DNA from: Abditibacteriaceae bacterium
GTDB taxonomy: Bacteria; Armatimonadota; Abditibacteriia; Abditibacteriales; Abditibacteriaceae
NCBI GenBank assembly: GCA_965277285.1
Contig: OZ255721.1
Span: forward strand, 3,713,651-3,777,650
Direction of reading: 5' to 3'
Length of the DNA: 64,000 nt
Positions 9,399-17,275 of this stretch are shown here, piece by piece. The first letter of the stretch is position 1. Every line of letters starts with the position of its first letter. A program made the translations under genes and the position numbers. A model generated the notes under the pieces. The model had not been told where the DNA came from and made no database searches. It was given only the letters and a program-made list of their open reading frames with translations.

Positions 9399-10686
9399 CA
9401 GCAGGAAAATCGGGATTGTTGTGAGTGCGTTGTGTGCGACTGTTGGTTTGAGCTTTTGTAAAAACGGCGTGGCGCAGAACAATGCGAGCGCGCCGCGAAA
9501 CACTATGAACACTTCACATGCGGAAACGGTTTGGACGCCGACAAACGAAGATCGCCAAGTGGGCGATGCGATGAACGGCTTTGGTTTCCGCGTTTTGCAA
9601 AAGTTGGACGCACAAAAAGCGTCCGGCGCGAACGTGCTGTTTTCGCCTCTCAGCATTTCGACGGCGTTGACTTTGGTCGAGCAGGGCGCCGCGGGTCAAA
9701 CACGAAGCGAAATGGAAAAGTTGCTGCAACCCGCCGGTCTTTCCGCGCAAAATGTTCTGGCTTCGACAGTGGCTTTGACGCGTGGCTGGCAAACGGCGGA
9801 CAGCAAAGTTCAGGTCGACATCGCCAATTCGTTGTGGATGGATCGCAAATTCACGCTCAAATCCGCGTTTGCTGATGCCGCGCAGAAGAATTTTGATGCG
9901 CAAATTTCTGGACTTGACTTCTCATCGCCTTCTGCCGCAAAAACCATCAACGATTGGATTAGCGGCAAGACCGAAGGCAAAATTACCGCGATGGTTTCGC
10001 CCGACGCTTTGCGCGCGGCGATGTTGGTCGTCGCCAACGCGGTTTATTTCCACGGCGATTGGAGCACGGCTTTCGACAAGAAAAACACGCGCGACGCCGA
10101 CTTTCATTTGACTGCCGACAAAACAATCCGCGTCCCGATGATGTCGCTGCCCGCCGTGAAAAAGTATTCGTATGCGAAAACAAGCGATGCGGCGCTGCTC
10201 GCTTTACCTTACGGAAAAGGCAACTTGAGCATGGTTTTTCTCTTGCCCGATCAAGGCGTGCCGCTTTCGCAAATTGTGGCGCGCTGCGACAACGCGCAAT
10301 GGAAAACGTGGATGACGATGATGAAAGCGCAGGACGGGATTATTAAAATCCCGCGTTTTACGTTGAAAGACGATTTTATTTTGAATAAAATGTTGCAGCA
10401 GTTGGGGCTGAAGACGGCTTTTTCAAGGAACGCTAATTTTTCCGCGATGACTTTGGTGCCGGGCGTCTTCATCAGCCAGGTCAAACACCAAGCGTGGATG
10501 CAAGTGGATGAAATTGGAACCGAAGCCGCCGCTGTCACAACCATAAGGATGAGATCGAGCGCCATTTTAATACCCGAAAATCCGCCCTTTCAATTCATCG
10601 CCGACCGCCCGTTTCTGGCGGCGATTCGGGATAATCGCAGCGGCAATTTGCTGTTTGTGGCCGAAGTCAATCAACCGACTTCGTGA
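9388..10686 (+). CDS. Serpin (serine protease inhibitor) with signal/lipoprotein-like N-terminus
   Basis: FSPLSISTALTLV, NAVYFHGDW, the inhibitory-type hinge GTEAAAVTT and FIADRPFL. Start at MNNNSRK with an AGGGA RBS. Confidence 0.9.
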   Translation: MNNNSRKIGIVVSALCATVGLSFCKNGVAQNNASAPRNTMNTSHAETVWTPTNEDRQVGDAMNGFGFRVLQKLDAQKASGANVLFSPLSISTALTLVEQGAAGQTRSEMEKLLQPAGLSAQNVLASTVALTRGWQTADSKVQVDIANSLWMDRKFTLKSAFADAAQKNFDAQISGLDFSSPSAAKTINDWISGKTEGKITAMVSPDALRAAMLVVANAVYFHGDWSTAFDKKNTRDADFHLTADKTIRVPMMSLPAVKKYSYAKTSDAALLALPYGKGNLSMVFLLPDQGVPLSQIVARCDNAQWKTWMTMMKAQDGIIKIPRFTLKDDFILNKMLQQLGLKTAFSRNANFSAMTLVPGVFISQVKHQAWMQVDEIGTEAAAVTTIRMRSSAILIPENPPFQFIADRPFLAAIRDNRSGNLLFVAEVNQPTS

Positions 10687-10731
10687 AACAATTATCGAGT
10701 ACTCGAACTGGCGCGAAAGTTATTCAGAAAC

Positions 10732-11685
10732 TTACTCAATTGGTTTGAGATTCGCTTCAATAGCGGCGCGTTGTGACTCAAGAAACGGCGGCAACGCGAC
10801 TTTTTCGCCCAATGTCGCGGCATCTTCATCGACGGCGAAACCTGGTCCGTCGGTGGCGATTTCAAACAAAATGTCGTTCGGTTCGCGGAAATACAAGCTG
10901 CGGAAATAATAACGATCCACTTCGCCGCTGCTGCGAATGCCCAGACTTTGCAAACGCTCGTTCCACGCGTGATATTGGTCGTCATTGGGCGTGCGAAAAG
11001 CGATGTGATGCACGCCGCCCGCGCCCAATCGCGCCAAAGGCAAACCTGGCTGAACAGCGACATGAAGTTCAGCGGACGCGCCAGCTTCGCCCATTTCGTA
11101 GACGTGAATCGTGTGACTGGCGTTGTCAGGATGCGCATATTCGCGCGCGTGCCGCATTTCGAGTACTCGAACCAGCACGGTATCGGTCGGCTTGAGGTCG
11201 GGAACGCTCATCACGACTGGGCCCAGACCGCGAATTTGATGTTCCGCAGGAACCGGACTTTTGTCCCACGTCTTGCCGCTTTCACTGACGCCGCCGTCGT
11301 CCATGAGCGACAATCGCTGGCCTTCGCGGTCTTCAAAATCAAGTGTTAAACGATTGTCGCGCTCCACAATGTCATGCGCCTGCACGCCTTGTTCCGCAAA
11401 ACGCTGCTTCCACCAATCAAGTGTTTCGCGCCCTCGAACGCGCAAACTGGTGCGCGTCAGGCTGTGCGCGCCGCGTTTTTCGCGTGGCATTGCCCAATCG
11501 AAAAACGTCAAATCGGTGCCAGGACTGCCCAGCGCATCGGCGTAGAAAAGGTGATACGCGCTTACATCGTCCTGATTGACGCTGCGCTTGACCAGGCGCA
11601 TTCCCAAGGTTTGCGTATAGAAGCGATAGTTTTCGCGCACGTCCGCCGTCACCGCAGTCACATGATGAATTCCCGTCAATTGCAT
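10732..11685 (-). CDS. Two-domain VOC-family ring-cleaving dioxygenase (MhqO-like)
   Basis: [40 protein letters not shown] is a typical N-terminus, and a second VOC repeat contains [16 protein letters not shown]. Confidence 0.85.
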   Translation of the reverse strand: MQLTGIHHVTAVTADVRENYRFYTQTLGMRLVKRSVNQDDVSAYHLFYADALGSPGTDLTFFDWAMPREKRGAHSLTRTSLRVRGRETLDWWKQRFAEQGVQAHDIVERDNRLTLDFEDREGQRLSLMDDGGVSESGKTWDKSPVPAEHQIRGLGPVVMSVPDLKPTDTVLVRVLEMRHAREYAHPDNASHTIHVYEMGEAGASAELHVAVQPGLPLARLGAGGVHHIAFRTPNDDQYHAWNERLQSLGIRSSGEVDRYYFRSLYFREPNDILFEIATDGPGFAVDEDAATLGEKVALPPFLESQRAAIEANLKPIE

Positions 11686-11781
11686 GATAATTCTCCGCTG
11701 TGCTTTGTTAAACAAGGTCGCTGCTGATTGATGATGCCCGAGGTTGAACGAATGGGCTACAATCGGTTGCAACTTTCCCCG

Positions 11782-12504
11782 TCAGCTTTTCACCGCGCCA
11801 AAGGCCGCGAAAACCGAGTTCTTATGTAGAACTTCGACTTGCGTAAATCCGACCTGGCGTAGCAAATCAATCTGCCACAACAACGGACGCGGCGTGTCTT
11901 CTTTTTCGATGTACGCGAAAACCTGTTCGCGGTATTCATCGTTTTTCAGTTCGCGCAAATAATCTCCGTAACGCGTCCACATCATTGCATGAAGCGCAGG
12001 AACGGAATGCGTCACCAAATCGGAAATCCACAAACTGCCGCCCGGTTTGAGTACTCGATGAAACTTGGCGAAGACTTCGCGCCATTCGCTTTCTTCGCGC
12101 AGATGATGCAAAACCGCCGCTGCCGTGATGATGTCGAAATGGTCGTCTTCCAATTCGAGTGCGCGAATATCGCTTTGATGCGTGACGATTTTACCGCGCG
12201 TTTTCTCGCGTAAACGCTGCATCGCGCGATCCAGCATCGGGCGCGAAAGGTCAACTAAATCGAAACTTAAGTCGGGAAAGTGTTCCAGCAGTTTCATGCT
12301 GTAATTGCCCGCGCCACAGCCGACATCGAGTACTCGAAGCGCGTTTGGCGTCGTCGCTTTGGCGGCTTGCACGATCAAATCGAGCACCAGCGGCGCGTCC
12401 ATTGTCGCACTTTGTCCAGTTTCCAGATTAGAAAAACGCTCGACATCATTGTCGAAACGCTGCCGTATTTCTTCGATAGTGGATTTTTGCTTCATGGTGT
12501 TCAT
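11782..12504 (-). CDS. Class I SAM-dependent methyltransferase
   Basis: VLDVGCGAGNYS (motif I) and DIITAAAVLHHL. Confidence 0.85.
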   Translation of the reverse strand: MNTMKQKSTIEEIRQRFDNDVERFSNLETGQSATMDAPLVLDLIVQAAKATTPNALRVLDVGCGAGNYSMKLLEHFPDLSFDLVDLSRPMLDRAMQRLREKTRGKIVTHQSDIRALELEDDHFDIITAAAVLHHLREESEWREVFAKFHRVLKPGGSLWISDLVTHSVPALHAMMWTRYGDYLRELKNDEYREQVFAYIEKEDTPRPLLWQIDLLRQVGFTQVEVLHKNSVFAAFGAVKS

Positions 12505-12518
12505 GATCCTGTAACCAA

Positions 12519-12578
12519 TGGTGCGGGTCTACCATAGGCCTGCGAATAAACTCGCAGGCCTATGGTAGACCCGCACCA
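12519..12578. repeat. Hairpin with perfect 27-bp stems and a 6-nt loop
   Basis: TGGTGCGGGTCTACCATAGGCCTGCGA / TCGCAGGCCTATGGTAGACCCGCACCA. It is directly adjacent to R1 copy B. Confidence 0.9.
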
Positions 12579-12585
12579 CTCATTT

Positions 12586-12664
12586 AACAATGAACCCGAA
12601 GCGTAAGCGACGGGCTGAAGTAACTGCTACACCAGCCCGTCGCTTACGCTCCGGGTTCGTTGTT
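12586..12664. repeat. REP/MITE-like hairpin repeat, family R1 (copy B)
   Basis: AACAATGAACCCGAAGCGTAAGCGACGGGCTG...CAGCCCGTCGCTTACGCTCCGGGTTCGTTGTT. It abuts the stop of the oxidoreductase gene. Confidence 0.85.
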
Positions 12665-14081
12665 AAATCAACTTTCCCAGCGTCCACTGGACGCTTTTCG
12701 ATTTCAACAAGTCTTGATACGAGGTGTTTCCAGCGCGATGCGCGATTTCTGAAAGCGTCGGGTAGACGTGAATCGCTTCGCCAAATTCTTCAATGAGCGC
12801 GCCATCGCGCACGGCGGGGAGAAAGTTATGAATCAGTTCGCCCGCATTCGCGCCAACGATGTGTGCGCCTAAAACGCGATTATTGGGACTGCAAACGACT
12901 TTGAGAAAACCATCCGTTTCGCCTTCGATAATCGCGCGATCCAACGTTTTGAAACTTTGACGATAAATCTTCGGATGCGCGTACTCGACTCGCGCCTGCT
13001 CTTCGGTCAATCCCAGATGGGCGACCTCAGGGTCGAGAAACGTCGTCCATGGCACGATGCGCGCGTCCCATTTGGCTTTGAGCGGCAAGAGCGCATTTTG
13101 CACCGCGATTTTCGCCTGCGCTTCCGCGACGTGCGTGAACAACAAGCCGCCAACGCAATCGCCGCACGCCCAGATATTGGAAACCGTTGTCCGCAAATGA
13201 TGGTCGACAACCAATCCCTGAGAATCATTTTGAACGCCGATTTCGTGCGCGTTCAAACTCGACGTATCGACCGTTTTCCCCGCCGCGACGAGGATTTTGC
13301 TGCCTTCGACGCGTTGAGTTTGTCCGTCTTTCTCGAACTCGATCCAAGCGCGATCTTCGCCGCGACCGGCGCAAACGGCTTTCGCACCGAGATGAACCAC
13401 AACGCCGCTGTTTTCGAGTACTCGATGCGCCGCAGCGGAAACTTCTGCGTCTTCTTTGGGCAGCAAACGTTCGTCTTGTTGCAAAATCGTGACTTTGGTG
13501 CCAAAGCGCGCGAAGGCTTGCGCCATTTCGCAACCGACGGCGCCGCCGCCCAAAATAATCATCGAGCGCGGCAAGTTCGGCAAATTGTAAACATCGGCGT
13601 AAGTCAGAAATCCGGCTTCGCGCAAGCCTTCCAGTTCGGGGATTTTCGGCGAGCTGCCCGTCGCCAGAATAAACTTTTTAGCGGCAATCATTTGCTCGCC
13701 GTCTTTGCCGACAACGCGCAAAGTGTTCGCATCAACGAACGACGCTTCGCCTTGCACGACTTGCAAATCGGCTTTCTTCAATTCTTCGCGCTCGAGTTTT
13801 TTGATTTCGTCGCGCACGTCCTGGATGCGCAACTTGACAGCGTTCCAGACGAGTTTCGGCTTTTCGATGTGAACGCCAAACTCTTCCGAACGCTTGATTA
13901 AGTCGAAGACGCGCGCGCTTTTGATCAGCGTTTTCGATGGCACGCAGCCTGTCCAAAGACATTCACCGCCGATGCGTTCGCGCTCAATCAAAACCACATT
14001 CGCGCCCAGACTTTTCGCGCCGACAGCGGCGACTAATCCACCCGTTCCGGCACCGATAACGGCTAAATCGAAAGTTTGCAT
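12663..14081 (-). CDS. Pyridine nucleotide-disulfide oxidoreductase (dihydrolipoyl dehydrogenase / mercuric-reductase-like)
   Basis: FDLAVIGAGTGGLVAA (FAD binding), redox-active GGECLWTGCVPSK, and a C-terminal dimerisation-domain HxxxxE-type motif (HVYPTLSE). Confidence 0.9.
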   Translation of the reverse strand: MQTFDLAVIGAGTGGLVAAVGAKSLGANVVLIERERIGGECLWTGCVPSKTLIKSARVFDLIKRSEEFGVHIEKPKLVWNAVKLRIQDVRDEIKKLEREELKKADLQVVQGEASFVDANTLRVVGKDGEQMIAAKKFILATGSSPKIPELEGLREAGFLTYADVYNLPNLPRSMIILGGGAVGCEMAQAFARFGTKVTILQQDERLLPKEDAEVSAAAHRVLENSGVVVHLGAKAVCAGRGEDRAWIEFEKDGQTQRVEGSKILVAAGKTVDTSSLNAHEIGVQNDSQGLVVDHHLRTTVSNIWACGDCVGGLLFTHVAEAQAKIAVQNALLPLKAKWDARIVPWTTFLDPEVAHLGLTEEQARVEYAHPKIYRQSFKTLDRAIIEGETDGFLKVVCSPNNRVLGAHIVGANAGELIHNFLPAVRDGALIEEFGEAIHVYPTLSEIAHRAGNTSYQDLLKSKSVQWTLGKLI

Positions 14082-14086
14082 AAAGA

Positions 14087-14425
14087 TTATCGTCTTGGTA
14101 AAACGCGAAAAGATGCTTCCAAGGGAGTGTCCCATCGAATCAAACGTACAGAAAAAAGTGTAAGATGTTGCGCGGAGTAGGAAAAGTGGAGTGCGCCGAG
14201 TTCCTCAAATTGTATGATTTGTTCGTCTGTGAGAATGTCGTAACACATTCTCTGCAAAACGTTTTTACGAACAACTTCATATTGCGATAACTCGTTCATT
14301 TGATAAGAACCGTGAGACCGTCCGTAAGGCGGTTTGCCATTTTCCAAATACAACTCGCACCAGCCTTCTGCCAACGCAGTTTGTAGCAATTCATCAATGT
14401 GAACTTCTTCCAATGGCTCTTTCAT
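14087..14425 (-). CDS. Small protein resembling the N-terminal domain of PilT-type ATPases (no ATPase core)
   Basis: IDELLQTALAEGWCELYLENGKPP...LQRMCYDILTDEQIIQFEELGALHFSYS parallels the PilT N-terminus (..GASDLHL...ALIYDIMNDKQRKDFEE..DFSF). About 112 aa and visibly AT-richer than its neighbours. Confidence 0.4.
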   Translation of the reverse strand: MKEPLEEVHIDELLQTALAEGWCELYLENGKPPYGRSHGSYQMNELSQYEVVRKNVLQRMCYDILTDEQIIQFEELGALHFSYSAQHLTLFSVRLIRWDTPLEASFRVLPRR

Positions 14426-14432
14426 ATTGACC

Positions 14433-15569
14433 TTAAAACGTGCCGCTGAACGGTTTATCGTAACCTGTCAATTCAACGTAACCTTGCCCAACGTTTCGAC
14501 CATTATCGAGTACTCGAACGCTGCCTTCCCAATAAGCGATTCCCGTCGAACGCGCCGTGACAAGCTCCTGATTGGAAACCGTCGGTTCGATCGTCAGGTC
14601 GAGTTTGGCGCGTGGAACATGAACGCGCCACTTTGCGGGATAATTGGCGCCGCTCGTCGGGCTTTGCCAGGTCGCTAAAGGTTGAAAAGAAAAGTCGCGC
14701 AAACTCAGACTTTGAGATCGTCCGTTTTGGTTGATAAGCGTTCCTGAGGAAAATGGATCGGTTCCACCACCGCGCAAGCGCATTCGATAAAGCATCAATT
14801 CGCGCCCGTCGTTGAGTTGTATGGCGAACCAATCCCAGCCGATTTGATTTGCAGCCAACTGATTGGAGCCGAACTCGTGATCGAACCAGCTTTGGCCTTC
14901 GACCGATAAAACCTCGTCGCCGATTTGCAAAGTGCCGCGCGTTTTCAATCGCGTAAATGAATAATAATGCGAAGCGTGACCCAAACCTTGCGCCTTCTGC
15001 GAAACGCCATTACGCCCGTGAATAACTAAGGGCTTGAGCAGAGTTTGCGTCAAATCGAGCGCGAATGTTTGATCGTTTGTCGAAGTCGCATTGCTTTGTC
15101 CACGCGCGTGCAGCTTTTGGTTTTTCGCTTGAAATTGCAAATCCCAATCGCCGATCCAGATGTGCGCGTTTCGCGTACTCGAATTCGCCGTGCTCGTTCC
15201 GGCAATTCCCGCCGCGCCGCGACTGATTCGGTCGGTGAAGAAAAAGCGCTGTCCATTTTCATCGGTGACAGCAAAATGCGCGAAAACCACGTCTCGCGTT
15301 GCCCAGTGCGAAGTTCGTCCCGTTAGTTTTGGCAAAAGTGCCTGGCGAAACCACGTCAATTGATAACCGAAACGCCGCCCGTTTTGGTCGCGCAAATGGC
15401 CAGTGTAATACCACCATTCGGTCGAGTATTCGGGATGCGCGCCGTGATCGCGCGGGAAATTGAACGTGTAACCAGGCAACGCCAGTTTGTAAGGGCTTTG
15501 AAGTTGTGGTGCGGCGTTCAAAGGTTGAAGCAGCGCAAAAGTTGCCAGGAAATAGAAGAATTTTTTCAT
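14433..15569 (-). CDS. AttH/CrtC-like lipocalin-fold secreted protein
   Basis: Signal peptide MKKFFYFLATFALLQPLNA. HPEYSTEWWYYTGHL and GYQLTWFR are typical of the AttH / hydroxyneurosporene synthase-like family. Confidence 0.8.
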   Translation of the reverse strand: MKKFFYFLATFALLQPLNAAPQLQSPYKLALPGYTFNFPRDHGAHPEYSTEWWYYTGHLRDQNGRRFGYQLTWFRQALLPKLTGRTSHWATRDVVFAHFAVTDENGQRFFFTDRISRGAAGIAGTSTANSSTRNAHIWIGDWDLQFQAKNQKLHARGQSNATSTNDQTFALDLTQTLLKPLVIHGRNGVSQKAQGLGHASHYYSFTRLKTRGTLQIGDEVLSVEGQSWFDHEFGSNQLAANQIGWDWFAIQLNDGRELMLYRMRLRGGGTDPFSSGTLINQNGRSQSLSLRDFSFQPLATWQSPTSGANYPAKWRVHVPRAKLDLTIEPTVSNQELVTARSTGIAYWEGSVRVLDNGRNVGQGYVELTGYDKPFSGTF

Positions 15570-15644
15570 AGTGCGAACGTACGGGCGAGGCATGCCTCAC
15601 CCGTACAACAACACGGACAAATACCGCCAATCGAGTACTCGAAC

Positions 15645-16919
15645 TTAACGACGAAAACCAACGATGTCGTCGCTGCCGCTCATCGTAGCCAGAGATTCCG
15701 GGTCTTTGGCACGCTTGAGGTGCGCGCGAAGTTCCTCGACTTGCGCCATCACAGCCGTTGCGAAATGTTCGTCCAAAATCGTTGCGCCCTCTTGCGCGCG
15801 TGAAAGTGCCGCCGAGGTGAAGACTTCTTTCAAATAAGCGGGCGTGAAGCCGTCGGTTTTTTCGCCGACTTGAGCCGACAACGCTTCGCGGTCAAGAGAA
15901 TCGGCGATGCGCTGACTCATCTGCGTGCGCGACAAGATGCGACGACAGTATTCGATACGTTCGGCTTTTTTGGGCAAGCCGATATGAAACACGCGGTCGA
16001 AACGCGAAGGACGTTTGAGAAGTGCTTCGTCAATTTTGCCCGGATGATTGGAACTGGCGATGACGAGAAGTCCATCGTTGCTTGCAAAACCATCCATTTC
16101 ATTGAGGAAAACGGTGCGATTTTGATCGTTGACCAATCCGTCAATGTCTTCAAAGGCCAGAATGCACGGCGAAAGTTTGCGCGCTCGCTCAAAAATCGCT
16201 TGAATGGCTTCTTCGTGATTGCGAATATGCAAGTCGCGCACATAAAGAAAGGGCAAAGTGGGCAGCGAGGACGCGATGGCTTTGCAAACCATTGTCTTGC
16301 CGGTTCCGGGCGGCCCGACCATCAAAATGCCGCGACGCCAGGCGAATCCAAAATCGTGAAAAACTTCGCGCTGCGCGAAAAAGCCTTCGACTGCCGCGCG
16401 CAAACTGCGAAAATCGTCCGGCGCCAAAACGACATCGTCCCACGTCACCTTGCCGATTTCGCCGTCCAAATCGGGCGCTTTTCCCCAGCCTTGCGCGTAA
16501 CGCAAACAACGGCCTTGCGGACGAATCGAGTACTCGTGAACCGCCGCAAACAACGCGTGCAAAGCCTTTACATCATCGCCAAAACCGATGACGTAACAGC
16601 TCTCGAAGCGCGCGGGAGCGAAAATCAATTCGATGGCCGCGCCCTGCCATTGCAAGCTGTACCATCCGAAATAAGGCAAGACAATTTCATCGCTGTAATC
16701 GCTGCGGCCTTCGAGCAACGAGCGAAAATCGGTTGTTTGCTCGCGCAGAAAGCGCAGCGAAGTTTCGCCGTCGAGCCACTGCATCAACGTATTGGCGCGC
16801 GGACAACGATGGCGAACGAGCCGTAACAGCGTGTCTTCCGCGTTGCCATCCGCGCTTTGAGTGCGCAACGCGGCGTTCATCGCCACGTCACGCCATTTTT
16901 CTTCAAGAGGAGTGTTCAT
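15645..16919 (-). CDS. AAA+ ATPase (classic clade) with an unrecognised N-terminal domain of about 200 aa
   Basis: Walker A GPPGTGKT, Walker B ILAFEDIDG, and the second region of homology SSNHPGKIDEALLKRPSRFDR. Start is uncertain. Confidence 0.8.
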   Translation of the reverse strand: MNTPLEEKWRDVAMNAALRTQSADGNAEDTLLRLVRHRCPRANTLMQWLDGETSLRFLREQTTDFRSLLEGRSDYSDEIVLPYFGWYSLQWQGAAIELIFAPARFESCYVIGFGDDVKALHALFAAVHEYSIRPQGRCLRYAQGWGKAPDLDGEIGKVTWDDVVLAPDDFRSLRAAVEGFFAQREVFHDFGFAWRRGILMVGPPGTGKTMVCKAIASSLPTLPFLYVRDLHIRNHEEAIQAIFERARKLSPCILAFEDIDGLVNDQNRTVFLNEMDGFASNDGLLVIASSNHPGKIDEALLKRPSRFDRVFHIGLPKKAERIEYCRRILSRTQMSQRIADSLDREALSAQVGEKTDGFTPAYLKEVFTSAALSRAQEGATILDEHFATAVMAQVEELRAHLKRAKDPESLATMSGSDDIVGFRR

Positions 16920-17187
16920 CTGTTTTCTTTCTCGCGGGCAAACGACAACAATCGCGCGAAATCGCCGAAACGAAATCGTCAAAGGTTATTTTGTCGTGGC
17001 CGAATTTGGTTTGTGGGAGCAGGAAGAAGCGCGTCAGCAGGCCAGAAAACGGCACCATAGAAAGCTGCGCGAAGAAACATCGAGCCGAAACCCGAAAGAT
17101 CGCAAGACACGATTAGAGCGATGAGAGGAAGAAGACGAACATAAGATTGCTGATTATAACAAATCGAGTACTCGATTGTGCAAGTCA

Positions 17188-17272
17188 AAGAACCCTGAGC
17201 GTAAGCGACGGGTGAAAAGTAACAATGTCATGTCGCTGATACTTCACCCGTCGCTCACGCTCAGGGTTCTTT
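17188..17272. repeat. REP/MITE-like hairpin repeat, family R1 (copy C)
   Basis: AAAGAACCCTGAGCGTAAGCGACGGGTGAA...TTCACCCGTCGCTCACGCTCAGGGTTCTTT. Confidence 0.85.
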
Positions 17273-17275
17273 GTG

